A stretch of 64,000 nt of DNA from a virus (IMGVR_UViG_3300032267_001142:1-64000), one strand, 5' to 3'; counted from the stretch's first letter, positions 50,264-60,690 are shown. Translations and numbers: made by a program. Notes: generated from the sequence alone by a model not told the origin.

Positions 50264-51052
50264 ATGAGCAATAAAGAGACAAAGGAAATGTATAAGTTCG
50301 TCTTCCCTCAGAAGACGATTATTGATGACAGAGAAGTCAAAGTCGACGAGTCTGGCAACGAAACGACAGTAATAACCAAAAAGCCGTCTTTTGTAGACCG
50401 CTCAATTAGACTGACCGTAGCTACTCGCCGCCAAATGGACGATGCTGAACTTTATTACAACGTGCTGGTAAGCAAGGGCATTCAGGCCGGTCTGATGAGC
50501 CGTCAGCTTTTGCAAAAGCGCTTTCTCGATGATGGTGGTCTTTTGGCAGAGGGGCAGAAATCCAAAGAGAAGTCCCTTTATGAATCCTTGAGCGAAAAAG
50601 AGTCGCAGTATTACTCTTTGCTCACGAAGCAGGACAAAACCCAAGAGGATACTGAGTCTCTCGCCAAGATTCAAAAAGAGCTGGCGCTGTTGAAGCATGA
50701 ACTTCAGTCTTGGGAGATGAGCAAGATGTCTATCTACGACATCACGGCGGAAAACCGAGCGCGCAACAAGACTATCCTCTGGTGGCTTTTTGAACTTAGC
50801 CAGATTAAGAATGATAAAGGCGAATGGGTGGCTCTATTTCCAGGAAAAACGACAGAAGAAAAATCAGACAAGTATCATTCACTCTTAGAGGGCGAGGGTT
50901 TAACTAAGGAAGACACGGAATTCTATCAAAACGTTATTTCTAAGTGTCTCATTTCTGTTTCCTATTGGTATTATGGCCGAGCCGAGTCGCAAGAGGATTT
51001 CGAGAAAGCTCAGCAAGAAATAGACAGGGACTCTAAGCTTCTTGCGGAGTAA
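50264..51052 (+). CDS. Tail assembly chaperone (gpG-like position)
   Basis: Acidic helical protein between the tube and TMP genes. Confidence 0.6.
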   Translation: MSNKETKEMYKFVFPQKTIIDDREVKVDESGNETTVITKKPSFVDRSIRLTVATRRQMDDAELYYNVLVSKGIQAGLMSRQLLQKRFLDDGGLLAEGQKSKEKSLYESLSEKESQYYSLLTKQDKTQEDTESLAKIQKELALLKHELQSWEMSKMSIYDITAENRARNKTILWWLFELSQIKNDKGEWVALFPGKTTEEKSDKYHSLLEGEGLTKEDTEFYQNVISKCLISVSYWYYGRAESQEDFEKAQQEIDRDSKLLAE

Positions 51053-51058
51053 AACAGG

Positions 51059-52066
51059 ATGAGCGAGACTTCAGCGAAGTCTATCGCTTTTTTGCGAAGG
51101 GTTTACTCTGAGATATTCTCTGGGTATACGCCTTTTATTGACCCGATAAGTGGAAATAGGGCGTTCATCCGTCACGTCTCTTCTTCGGAGCAGTCGGAGC
51201 TGGATGCCCGATACGAAGAGATTCTTGAAGACATCGTCTCTAAAGGCGTCCCGAATGAGGCGTCAGCACTTGCTATCGCTAAAGAGCGCGGTTTCTGGAA
51301 AGACTCTACTGACAAAGAGTTAGAAATAAAAAGAGAAGAGCTTCGTCAATTGAGGGATACGAAGAAGTGTCTGATTTTACCTTCTCAGATATGCAGCATC
51401 GACAAATCTATCGCTGATGCCGAAAGTTACATTCGGGGCGTCGAAATTGAGCGCGAGGAAGCTTTAGGTGTGACAGCGGAATCTCTTGCGATGGCTAGAT
51501 TGAATAACGTCTATATCCAACTAATGATGTTCTGCGACAAAAAGTTGGAAGTCCCGCTTTTTCCACCGGAAAGGTTCGATACGCTACAATATCGAGAGGT
51601 AACTAACGTGACGGCGGCATATAACGCCGCGATGTCTAAATTCGCGAACGTGAACATTAAGAATCTTTCGGTCGCCGCGTTTGTGCAAAATATGTTCAAT
51701 CTAGCTGGCAAGAAGCCATATTCTTTTTTCGGCAAAGCTATAGGCGGTCTGACCTTTTATCAAATAGAGTTGATGAATTATGTCGCTTATTTTTCTGCGC
51801 TTTTGTCTTCAGAAAACAGACCTCCTGACAGTATAATGGACGACCCAGAAAAAATCGTCAACTGGTATACTGCGGAAAAGAACAGTCGTGAAGCGCTTAA
51901 GTCTGGCAATGGGTCAGTGTCTATCGCCGGAGCGACTCAAGAAGATTTACAGCAATTGGGTGTCGCGAATAAAGTCGTAGATTTGGCAGCGATAGCCAAG
52001 AAAAAAGGCTCAACGGGCCTGACTATGGATGAGTTAATGTCTATTTCCCGTGGTGCGTCGTCATAA
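51059..52066 (+). CDS. Second tail assembly chaperone (gpT-like position)
   Basis: Immediately upstream of TMP; same reading frame as 50264..51052. Confidence 0.55.
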   Translation: MSETSAKSIAFLRRVYSEIFSGYTPFIDPISGNRAFIRHVSSSEQSELDARYEEILEDIVSKGVPNEASALAIAKERGFWKDSTDKELEIKREELRQLRDTKKCLILPSQICSIDKSIADAESYIRGVEIEREEALGVTAESLAMARLNNVYIQLMMFCDKKLEVPLFPPERFDTLQYREVTNVTAAYNAAMSKFANVNIKNLSVAAFVQNMFNLAGKKPYSFFGKAIGGLTFYQIELMNYVAYFSALLSSENRPPDSIMDDPEKIVNWYTAEKNSREALKSGNGSVSIAGATQEDLQQLGVANKVVDLAAIAKKKGSTGLTMDELMSISRGASS

Positions 52067-52102
52067 TAAGGTGTAAATAAGCTATAGGTATAAGGATTCG
52101 TC

Positions 52103-55100
52103 ATGCCAACTAGCGTTACTAACATACAGGCTAATTTAGACATGGTGCCAGTGAGCACCAAGGTCGACAACTATCTGTCCGGACTGGAGAGAAAGACTTA
52201 CAAAATCAAATTCGACGCTCAGCCGCTTGGTCACTTAAGCGGAAAAGCCTCCGAGTTTGAAAAGTCTCTCGAAGCTGCTAATGCGCGTGTCGTCGCGTTC
52301 GGTGCGTCGGCAAGCCTGATTGCTGGCGTAGGAACCGCCATGAAAGCGATGGTCAGGGAAGCCGTTCTCGTCGACAGAGAACTTACTGACATCAATGCTA
52401 TATTGCAGGCGTCTACCGGAAACCTCCAAAAGTTTGGTGATAGTCTGTTCGATATCGCAAAAAATACAGGCTCGTCCTTCTCTCAGGTTGCCGACGCCGC
52501 TAAGGAATTTGCTCGTCAAGGTCTTTCAATGGAGGAAACGTTGTCGAGAACGAACGGAGCGCTCGTCTTGACGCGTTTGTCGGGTTTGGAAGTCCAAGAC
52601 TCTGTAAAGGCTTTGACTGGAACTCTCAATACTTTCACGAAAGAGGCTCTAGGAGTTTGGGAAGTCGTGAACCGTCTCGCGAATGTTGACGCCGCTTTCG
52701 CCGTAAGCTCGGCTGACTTGGCCACAGCTATATCCCGCGTAGGTAACGTCGCTGAAGACTCGAAAATCAGTCTTAATGAACTTCTTGCTGCGGTTACCGC
52801 AGTTCAACAGAGAACTGCACGAGGCGGCGCGACTATCGGTGAAGCTTTCAAGACCATCTTTACTCGTCTTGAGCGTTCTGACACCATCGAGAAGCTTGGT
52901 CAGCTAGGTATCGCCACAAAGAACGTAGAAGGTCAGTTGCTTCCAGCAATGCAGGTGATGGAGACCCTTGCTGACAGGTTCTATACCCTTAGCGATTCTC
53001 AGCAGTCTTACATTGCCGAAGCGGTCGGTGGAGTTCGTCAGTTAAACATTCTGAAAGCTCTTCTCAAGGACTTGGGCTCGGAATATTCGATTTATAAAAG
53101 CTCCTTAGACGTAGCCAACAATACGACTAACGAGGCTACGACCAGAAATAACCTTCTCAATCAATCATTAGCCGCTCTTAAAAATAGGGCGTCGGTAGAT
53201 TTTTCTAAGTTTTCTGCGGCGACTCAGACAGCTTTCGCTCCCGCTTTGGAAAAGATATTTGGAGGATTTTCAGAAGTCGTCGCGGGCACGAATCTAGAAT
53301 CTAGTGGTAAGAGCATGGGAGACGCCATATTGAAAGGTCTGGGCTCAGTTATCTCGGGGCCGGTCTTGCAAGCCGTCACCGTTTTGGGTGTTAAATTCCT
53401 AGCTCAGTTTTCCGGTTTCGCGGCGAAGTCGTTGCAGCAGGTTCTTAATATCGGTAGCGTTTCTCGTAACGAGCTAGCCTTGCAGAAGGACATAAACGCC
53501 GTATTAGCTCAGACGCCTCACCTATATGACCAGATTCTTACAAAAGCTAAAAGTACTGTAGATGTTGTTCGTATTCTTTCCGAACACACAAAAGAACTAC
53601 AACTTGCAGGAGCGAGACAAACAAATATAGTAGGAGGCTCAGCCGCGCTACTCAACTCGTTAGGAGCTAAAGGCTCGTCTGAAGGAAATGGAAATTTTAA
53701 GCTAAAAGCTTCTGGATTCGTGCCTAATTTTGTAGACCCTATCGCGGCAATGGGGGAAGTCGCTAGTGCAAAACGCGCAGGGTATAACATATCACCTTCT
53801 GAGGTGCGCTCTATGCGGGCGCGTATTGACGGACGTAGCACTGAGGTTGTTTACAACACCCGCGAGACTGTAATCCCTAATTTTGCAGGGACCGGAGAAC
53901 CGGCGATAGTTCCTCCTAACGCGTCTATCTCTGACCTTATTAGCAGAAAATATGCCGCGAAAGGCGTCATGCCGGGCGGGCAAGAGCTAATTGGAAAAGG
54001 CTCATATCGCCGAGTATATACTCACGAAAAGGGAATAGAAAGCATTCCTCGTTCTGCTGAAGAGGTTTATCCTTCTGTTTCTAAGTTCATGACGCTGGAC
54101 GACGTTAGGGAGCTTATGGCCAGAGAAAGGCGTACGCGGCCAGCGTTGCAGAAGTCTATTGGAGACTTGGGCCTCGGACCAAAAGTATTCGATATTAGGG
54201 AAGACGGTTCTTATGTGGCCGAAAGAGTTTTGATGCCAAAGCTATCGGAGGCTTTAGCCGCAGGAACGATGACCAGTAAGGAAGCTTCTTCCATTCTGGA
54301 GAAAGCAAAGAAATCGCTAAAGGCCAAGGGTCTCGGAAATCTAAACGACGTAACATTTAATAATGTTGCCGGTAACGTAAACACGGGCAAGTTTTCTGTT
54401 TTAGATTTTGGTGGCGGGTTCGTCCCTAATTTTGCGAATTATTTTTCCGCGCCTACGAAGCGCTCAGAGCAACTGCCAGCCGATTTCCTTGAAAAGCTTC
54501 GTTTTCAAGGCCACATGCCTCGCGTTAGAATTCCCGCTAAAGATTTGGCGGTTTTTACGCCTGAGACTTTTAATTTCGGCATAGGTGATGGTTATGCTAG
54601 CCCTTTGGAGGCTGGGACTCAGCTTTACGGATACGGCAAAGAGGACATCGCTGAAAAACTAAGAGTTCCAACCGTGAACGGCGTGGCTTATGACGCCGGT
54701 ATTTCTGCTAGATACGGTAATCTAATGAAGGGTTTAGCTGGGCGAGGCGAGGCTGGAGCGGTGCTTCAGTCCATATTTGAAGACCAAGCTAAGAAAGGTA
54801 ACGACCGCATTATGCACGGTTTAGCTGTCGACGCTGGCGCGGTTTTCAGTTTGAAGACCGATGCCGGAAAGTCTCGTAGCTATCGCGATAACGGCCCCGA
54901 CAGTAGTGGCAAAACTTTTGAATCTGATTTCTTTAGGCAATATTTGAGTGGTTCACCTCTGCCGTCCTCAAACCAGCCGGTAGACGTCTCGGCAGCGAAT
55001 ATTGAAAAACTTAGGTCTGGAGATTTCAAAGCCTCATTGCCCTCTTGGATAACCCGTGGAGAATTAAAGATTTCGGCCTTTGAGTATTCTCAGCGCCGTG

Positions 55101-58100
55101 GCAAATCAACAGGAGCTTCTCCTAGCATCAGCCGTATCGTCGCTAATGAGCTTGTGTCGCGCCTCGACGAAGCCCTGCCAGCGATAATCTCTGACCCATC
55201 GGAGCTGAGAAGGGCTCTCAACGAAAAAACCAGAAAAGGAGAGACTTTCGGCTCAGTCCTGTCCAGAACTGCAAAATTGAACCCCGCCATATACAAGGGG
55301 CGCGGATTCGTTCCTAATTTTAGCTCCTCTCAAATTTCAGCGAGAGAGGCTATCGCGAGCGGTCTTACCTCTCAGATTCCTGGTCTCGGCGAAGCGATTT
55401 CTAGAGAAGTTTCTGGAACAGGCGTCTCTTTGGATGATACGAGAGTAAACCTCGGCGGACATTTGCCAGTTTCAGTAACAAACGTCAGAGACGAGGGACC
55501 ATTAGCTCTGCCTGAAATAGGCGCTGCCAGAGTTTCTAGAAGAGGCGGAAATCCTCGCTTAGCAGGAAGCGGAAAAGAGTATCTATCAAGAGGTTACGTT
55601 CCTAACTTTGCGACCGAAGACGACGAAGGTTTATTGATGCCTAGCAGCTCAAATCTGCCGGATAGAATTGTCGTTGTTGAGGTTAAAAATGCAAACGAGC
55701 TTGGACAAAAAATAGGCAATGCCGTAGCCGATGCAGACAAAAAGGCCAGCACTTCCGCTGGGACCGACACTAAAAATACGCCAACCGCTCCGAAGGTCGT
55801 CACTCCTCCTGTTTCAAGCTCCGAGAGCTTTCTTGACGGGGGAGACATAGCCCCGTCTAAGGACAAAGAGGAGGCTATAAGAAAAGACAAAGAAGATACT
55901 CGCAGAAATCAACTCGCCTTGGAGAGGGAGGGCGAAGCTTATCAAAAACGCAGGGAGTCCAAGGCTAAATGGGAGCAAAGGGCGATATACGGAAGCCTTG
56001 GCGTTTCGTTCTTAGGTGGCGCTATATCTAGTCAGTTTGGTGGAGATACTATCTCTGATAGAAAGACGGGCAGAAGAGTCGACGCCGCTGGAGAAGCCAT
56101 CTCTACTGGCTTAGGTGCATTTTCTGCAACAGGCAACGTTTACGTTGGAGCTGCTGCTGCGGTTGGTAGTTTGTTATTCAATTTAGGCAAACTAGGGACG
56201 ACTTTTGAGGACTTAGCAAAAGAGAGCGAAAAGCTTACCGCGAAGCATGCTGAAGTGACTCAGTCGCTTTCTGGGTTCTCGGTCGCGGTATCGCAGACTG
56301 ATGACTTAATCAAAGGCGGAGCCTCTAAGTCTGCTATTTTCCGAGCGCAGCAAGCTGAACAGGAGGCGTTCAATAGAACTCCGAAGGAATTACAGTCCAA
56401 GCTTCTCGCGGCGAATCGCGACCAAGAGACTCTCGCTAAAATACAAATAGACATAGCCAAAGAGCAAGAAAAAGAAGCTGCATTCGCAAATCTTTCTACC
56501 GTATCTAAAGGATATCAAGAAAAGGCTTACAAAAACCGAGGCTTTTTCGAGAGAGTGGGTTCAGGATTGGGACTTCCTTCGCTTGCTAACTTCGTCGCTG
56601 GAGCCACCGGCTTGAAGAAAACGGACGAGCTTAGTTCAAGTAACTACGATAAAGATGCTTATAAAGAAATCTCCGCCCTAATCCAAAAAACCGGCATTCT
56701 AGATAATCTCGACAACTCTCAACTGTCAGAATTGCGTGATAAACTAAAAGCCGCTCAATATACAAGTGCTAACGATTCTGCTTCGCTGACTCCTAATCAA
56801 AATACCCAAGCTAGAATTGCCGCTGTCGTAAAGCAACAAACTGGAGCGTCGTTGCCCGAAGAGTTTTCAGAGACCAATGGGACTATCGCCATCAAGGCGT
56901 TCTTGAGCGCCATCACTGGACAAGAAAATCTAAAGAGGTTTACTGACGCGCAGAAATCAGCTCAAGCTTTTTATATTTCGATTCGTTCGCTTTCTACCGC
57001 GTTTCAAGAATCGCAGAGGGCTACGTCAGCTTACGATAGCTTCGTGACTCAGAAAAGCTCTTCCGCCGCAGGTCTGGCTTTTGGCGGACTCCGTGGTATT
57101 GCGTCGTTAAACGAGCCATTTACATCTAGCGATTCAAAAATTCAAGAATCTTACAGAATTTCTAAAGCAGAAATCGAAACTTCAAGAAGTCTTGAACTCG
57201 AAAAAGCTCGTAACGAAGCAAGGGTTAACTTGAGTCAGGCAGTCTCTCCTCAAGTTATCGAGGAGGCGGTCTCAGGTAAGGGAGGAATAGCGTTTAAGGC
57301 CAACTTGAGGGAAGTTCTCGCGCAGGCGCAAACCGGAGACCCTTCTGTTATCGTCGCGAGACTATTATCATCTTTGGAGAATGCGAAAAATGGGAAAGCT
57401 GAAGGCGTTAGCGTAAGTGACTCCGCAGGAGCAGAACTCATAAGTACGCTCAAGACTTTACTATTCAATCAAAACTCGACAAAAGCCTCAATCAACGCGT
57501 CATTTAACGACAAATCTAACGATGCGTTTCAACAGGCCGGACTCGCTAGGACGGGAGCTGCGCTGGATTTCATAGGCAATCAGTTCAGGGGCTCTAAAGC
57601 CTTTTCGAGTGATGGTCAAGACATTTCGACTTCTTCTAAGGGATTTGCGGCGATACTAGAGGGAATAACGTTAACCAACGATAAGAGCGCGCAGAGACGT
57701 TTCAGACAGAGCTACAATAATCCCGTCGGCCCATTCGGTCCTGCGAGAGCTAATTTGGTATATGACGCCGAGCAAAAGAAGCTGCCGATATACGAAAACA
57801 TTGCGGCAGGAATCAAGGACGACGCCGCAAGCGGTCTTGGACCTACTCAGGAATTGGTTGATTTTCTAAACCGACAGGGTCGCTCGGCTGAAGCGGAAAA
57901 AGCCGCGAAAGGTCTTGCTCGAAATAGAGCCAGACTAGAAGGAGCTTACAGCGCGCAAGGCAAGAGCTTTCTGCAAAAAAACGGACTCGCTGATTTCGCT
58001 CAATTCAAAGACGCCATAAAAGGTGATGTCTTCGAGGGCTCATCTGGAGGTCGAGTTGATATATCTAGGACTTTGAATGATGTAGAAGCTGCCGTTAAGT

Positions 58101-59071
58101 CTACTGACTTCGGAAAAGCGCAAAGTCTTCTTTCGGGTTTGAGAACTTCTGCCAGCCCAATAGCCGCTAAGAAAATCGACGAATTTTCACAAAGAATCGG
58201 CGGTCTTAAGAGTCAGTCAGAATTACTGGGCGTCTCTGCGAATCTGCAAGCCGCTAAGGACTTGAAAGGCGGCGCTGGCCCACTTACAAATGATAAATAT
58301 TGGGAGGGCGTAATAAAGCTTTATGGCGCGTTGGTATCAAGGTTGACTTATTCGGAAAACCGCGAAGCGGTCGATACCGTAATGGGTTCTTCATTAGGCG
58401 CACTCAAAAATATTACATCTCTTGGGGCGAATCCCGCTGCAATTTTTACTTCTGGGGCTTTCAGCACCACGGGCGCAAAACTCAATAGCGAGGTTGAGGC
58501 TACTAGACTCTCATTGAGTGCCGCGATGGATAAGGCCACTCCTAAATTTGTAGACCCAAGACTGCCTCAGTATTCCGAAATTTATGCAGGACCGCAAAGA
58601 AGAGTGCAGGACGCTATAACTGCTTTACCTGCTGGCACTGGTGTCGATAAGAGCATGGTGGCCATCATGAGTGATGGTTACGGCGCTGACAGGGAGTCTA
58701 CCGATAGAAGGGTTTATGAGGACTTCGCTAGAATTCTGCGTGAAAATAACAAAGTCGGCTCGTTGCTAGGTTCGACTCCTACTAATGACATAGTGGGTAG
58801 CGTTATGAACGCGGTTAATGATGCGCTGCGTCGCGACGTAGGCAATCGTTACGAATCTGGGAATCTCGGCAAGGATATCAAGGTAAACACTGATGGGACA
58901 ATTACTCTCAACGCTTCTGTAAATATCAAAGCCGACGAGTCGGATGTAGCTCAGAGAGTTAAATCGGAATTCGATAAGGTGTTTGAAAATCTTCAGTATC
59001 AGATTCAACAAATCATCAATCAAACTGGGGCGGTAATTCCTCCTAGGTCGTTCAGTCAGCCTGTTCAATAA
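52103..59071 (+). CDS. Tape measure protein (2322 aa) with internal cargo domains
   Basis: N-terminal TP901-type TMP repeats (A.EFARQGL, L.L.RLSGL, ELLAAVTAVQQRTARGGA.IG.AFKTI..RL) and Gly/Ala-rich helical segments. Internal G[FY]VPNF repeats at aa 538, 772, 1068, 1164 and a kinase-like domain at aa ~625-770. Confidence 0.9.
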   Translation: MPTSVTNIQANLDMVPVSTKVDNYLSGLERKTYKIKFDAQPLGHLSGKASEFEKSLEAANARVVAFGASASLIAGVGTAMKAMVREAVLVDRELTDINAILQASTGNLQKFGDSLFDIAKNTGSSFSQVADAAKEFARQGLSMEETLSRTNGALVLTRLSGLEVQDSVKALTGTLNTFTKEALGVWEVVNRLANVDAAFAVSSADLATAISRVGNVAEDSKISLNELLAAVTAVQQRTARGGATIGEAFKTIFTRLERSDTIEKLGQLGIATKNVEGQLLPAMQVMETLADRFYTLSDSQQSYIAEAVGGVRQLNILKALLKDLGSEYSIYKSSLDVANNTTNEATTRNNLLNQSLAALKNRASVDFSKFSAATQTAFAPALEKIFGGFSEVVAGTNLESSGKSMGDAILKGLGSVISGPVLQAVTVLGVKFLAQFSGFAAKSLQQVLNIGSVSRNELALQKDINAVLAQTPHLYDQILTKAKSTVDVVRILSEHTKELQLAGARQTNIVGGSAALLNSLGAKGSSEGNGNFKLKASGFVPNFVDPIAAMGEVASAKRAGYNISPSEVRSMRARIDGRSTEVVYNTRETVIPNFAGTGEPAIVPPNASISDLISRKYAAKGVMPGGQELIGKGSYRRVYTHEKGIESIPRSAEEVYPSVSKFMTLDDVRELMARERRTRPALQKSIGDLGLGPKVFDIREDGSYVAERVLMPKLSEALAAGTMTSKEASSILEKAKKSLKAKGLGNLNDVTFNNVAGNVNTGKFSVLDFGGGFVPNFANYFSAPTKRSEQLPADFLEKLRFQGHMPRVRIPAKDLAVFTPETFNFGIGDGYASPLEAGTQLYGYGKEDIAEKLRVPTVNGVAYDAGISARYGNLMKGLAGRGEAGAVLQSIFEDQAKKGNDRIMHGLAVDAGAVFSLKTDAGKSRSYRDNGPDSSGKTFESDFFRQYLSGSPLPSSNQPVDVSAANIEKLRSGDFKASLPSWITRGELKISAFEYSQRRGKSTGASPSISRIVANELVSRLDEALPAIISDPSELRRALNEKTRKGETFGSVLSRTAKLNPAIYKGRGFVPNFSSSQISAREAIASGLTSQIPGLGEAISREVSGTGVSLDDTRVNLGGHLPVSVTNVRDEGPLALPEIGAARVSRRGGNPRLAGSGKEYLSRGYVPNFATEDDEGLLMPSSSNLPDRIVVVEVKNANELGQKIGNAVADADKKASTSAGTDTKNTPTAPKVVTPPVSSSESFLDGGDIAPSKDKEEAIRKDKEDTRRNQLALEREGEAYQKRRESKAKWEQRAIYGSLGVSFLGGAISSQFGGDTISDRKTGRRVDAAGEAISTGLGAFSATGNVYVGAAAAVGSLLFNLGKLGTTFEDLAKESEKLTAKHAEVTQSLSGFSVAVSQTDDLIKGGASKSAIFRAQQAEQEAFNRTPKELQSKLLAANRDQETLAKIQIDIAKEQEKEAAFANLSTVSKGYQEKAYKNRGFFERVGSGLGLPSLANFVAGATGLKKTDELSSSNYDKDAYKEISALIQKTGILDNLDNSQLSELRDKLKAAQYTSANDSASLTPNQNTQARIAAVVKQQTGASLPEEFSETNGTIAIKAFLSAITGQENLKRFTDAQKSAQAFYISIRSLSTAFQESQRATSAYDSFVTQKSSSAAGLAFGGLRGIASLNEPFTSSDSKIQESYRISKAEIETSRSLELEKARNEARVNLSQAVSPQVIEEAVSGKGGIAFKANLREVLAQAQTGDPSVIVARLLSSLENAKNGKAEGVSVSDSAGAELISTLKTLLFNQNSTKASINASFNDKSNDAFQQAGLARTGAALDFIGNQFRGSKAFSSDGQDISTSSKGFAAILEGITLTNDKSAQRRFRQSYNNPVGPFGPARANLVYDAEQKKLPIYENIAAGIKDDAASGLGPTQELVDFLNRQGRSAEAEKAAKGLARNRARLEGAYSAQGKSFLQKNGLADFAQFKDAIKGDVFEGSSGGRVDISRTLNDVEAAVKSTDFGKAQSLLSGLRTSASPIAAKKIDEFSQRIGGLKSQSELLGVSANLQAAKDLKGGAGPLTNDKYWEGVIKLYGALVSRLTYSENREAVDTVMGSSLGALKNITSLGANPAAIFTSGAFSTTGAKLNSEVEATRLSLSAAMDKATPKFVDPRLPQYSEIYAGPQRRVQDAITALPAGTGVDKSMVAIMSDGYGADRESTDRRVYEDFARILRENNKVGSLLGSTPTNDIVGSVMNAVNDALRRDVGNRYESGNLGKDIKVNTDGTITLNASVNIKADESDVAQRVKSEFDKVFENLQYQIQQIINQTGAVIPPRSFSQPVQ

Positions 59072-60690
59072 TGATAGCGTTTGACAATGTAACATTGCTG
59101 TCTTACTCGCATTCTCCGTCCTTCTTCGGTTTCGGATTACGCTACAAAGTTCAAAAGACCTTTTCTATAGAGGGCGTCCTTGTCGATTTATCTAATACGG
59201 ACGGTCTTACAGGGACGTGGACTAAAGCTGAGCTTCTAAATCTGAGCGCCAAAGATTACGAAGATATCATAATCAACGGAAAGAGCTTTGGTAAAGGTAA
59301 AGTTAGGTCTATTTCTTTCGCGGCGGGAAACCATGTTCAACAGCAGAAATACTCATTAAATATAGAGGCTTATTCTACTGGTGACCTGTCTTTGTCGCTC
59401 CCTCCAGAATATGACGGTTTGGACTTTTCAACAATCGCCTGCGTAGACTCGTTTAACGATTCTCTTTCGTTTACGCGTGATGAATCCAAGGACCAAGCAT
59501 ATCAGCACTCTTTGAATATTAGATTCAATCGTAACATCGCTTCACTTACGCAGAATCCGACAGATTTGGCGAAAGCTTTAGCCATTAATTTCTTTTCCAA
59601 TACAAATCTGTCTTCTTTTATCGGCGATTTCGATGGATTAGTAGTCAACAAGTATCATACCGAAACTTATAACGCGGTCGATTTCTCTTGTTCTATTTCT
59701 GAAACTTGGAAGATACCTAACGCTTCTGCCGGTGACTATTCCATTTCCTTCTTTCATACACTGACTCTTTCAGAAAAGGGCATTGTTTCCGCTTCCGAGA
59801 AGGGCTCTATTACAGCTCTGGCAACTCCGCGTCAGGCTTCGGCAGCTTTAGGTTTTGCTACTGAAGCGACGGACGCGCTGGTTTACGGACGCGTAAATAG
59901 TATCTATGCCAATTACAATTGGTCTATACTGCCCCTTCATGAAATCGTAATAAGCTCAGAGGTCTCCGATAACAAGTTCGAGGGAAAAATCGAGTATACC
60001 AAAACATTTACAAATGACCCAAAAGTCTTTGAATACGCTATTTGGGATAAAACTTTGTCATTCTCTAGGTCGGAACAGAACTATATCACCGTTTCTGAAC
60101 GCGGAAGTGTCAGAGGCATAGGAAGGCCGCTTGTGAATAAATTTGAAAGAGCTAAGGACTTTTACAATTCTAGTGTTTTATCCGGAATTGCCGCAAGAGC
60201 TTTGGCCTTTTACAACTACTGTGGCGGCACCAACGCCGCGTCGCTAGTTGTGGACAAGGTGGGTTATTCTGAGGCTAAATACGCAGGGGCGATAGACTAC
60301 GAGCGCTCTTGGACCGATAATCGTCAGTATATCATGGCAGCGGACATAAAAAAACAGGAAGTTTCGGTGTCTACTGAATATCCCGTTCATCTTACCTCCG
60401 TTTTCAATATTTTCAATGAAAAGCAGCTCATTCAACCCCAAAATACTTCTACCGTAGGAAATAGGAGTATCGAAATCAAGCTTCAGGGCGCTCGCTCAAC
60501 CACACTCGCGCAATATGTAGCCGCCGCAAAAGCAATCATAGTCGCTAATTCTTATCATCTAATCGGCACGGACCCAATAATATCATCAGCCAACTACTCT
60601 TTACAAAAGAACCGAAACCGTTTCTCTATGTCTGTAAGGCTCAGTTTTTTTGGTTTCTATCGAGCCTTCGAGAGGCTCTCTCTGTCTTAA
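59071..60690 (+). CDS. Tail-tip / hub protein (paralog of 60692..62293)
   Basis: Beta-rich, directly after TMP, with repeated (V/I)SE.G.(I/V) and Y...(F/W)T(N/D) units. Confidence 0.6.
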   Translation: MIAFDNVTLLSYSHSPSFFGFGLRYKVQKTFSIEGVLVDLSNTDGLTGTWTKAELLNLSAKDYEDIIINGKSFGKGKVRSISFAAGNHVQQQKYSLNIEAYSTGDLSLSLPPEYDGLDFSTIACVDSFNDSLSFTRDESKDQAYQHSLNIRFNRNIASLTQNPTDLAKALAINFFSNTNLSSFIGDFDGLVVNKYHTETYNAVDFSCSISETWKIPNASAGDYSISFFHTLTLSEKGIVSASEKGSITALATPRQASAALGFATEATDALVYGRVNSIYANYNWSILPLHEIVISSEVSDNKFEGKIEYTKTFTNDPKVFEYAIWDKTLSFSRSEQNYITVSERGSVRGIGRPLVNKFERAKDFYNSSVLSGIAARALAFYNYCGGTNAASLVVDKVGYSEAKYAGAIDYERSWTDNRQYIMAADIKKQEVSVSTEYPVHLTSVFNIFNEKQLIQPQNTSTVGNRSIEIKLQGARSTTLAQYVAAAKAIIVANSYHLIGTDPIISSANYSLQKNRNRFSMSVRLSFFGFYRAFERLSLS

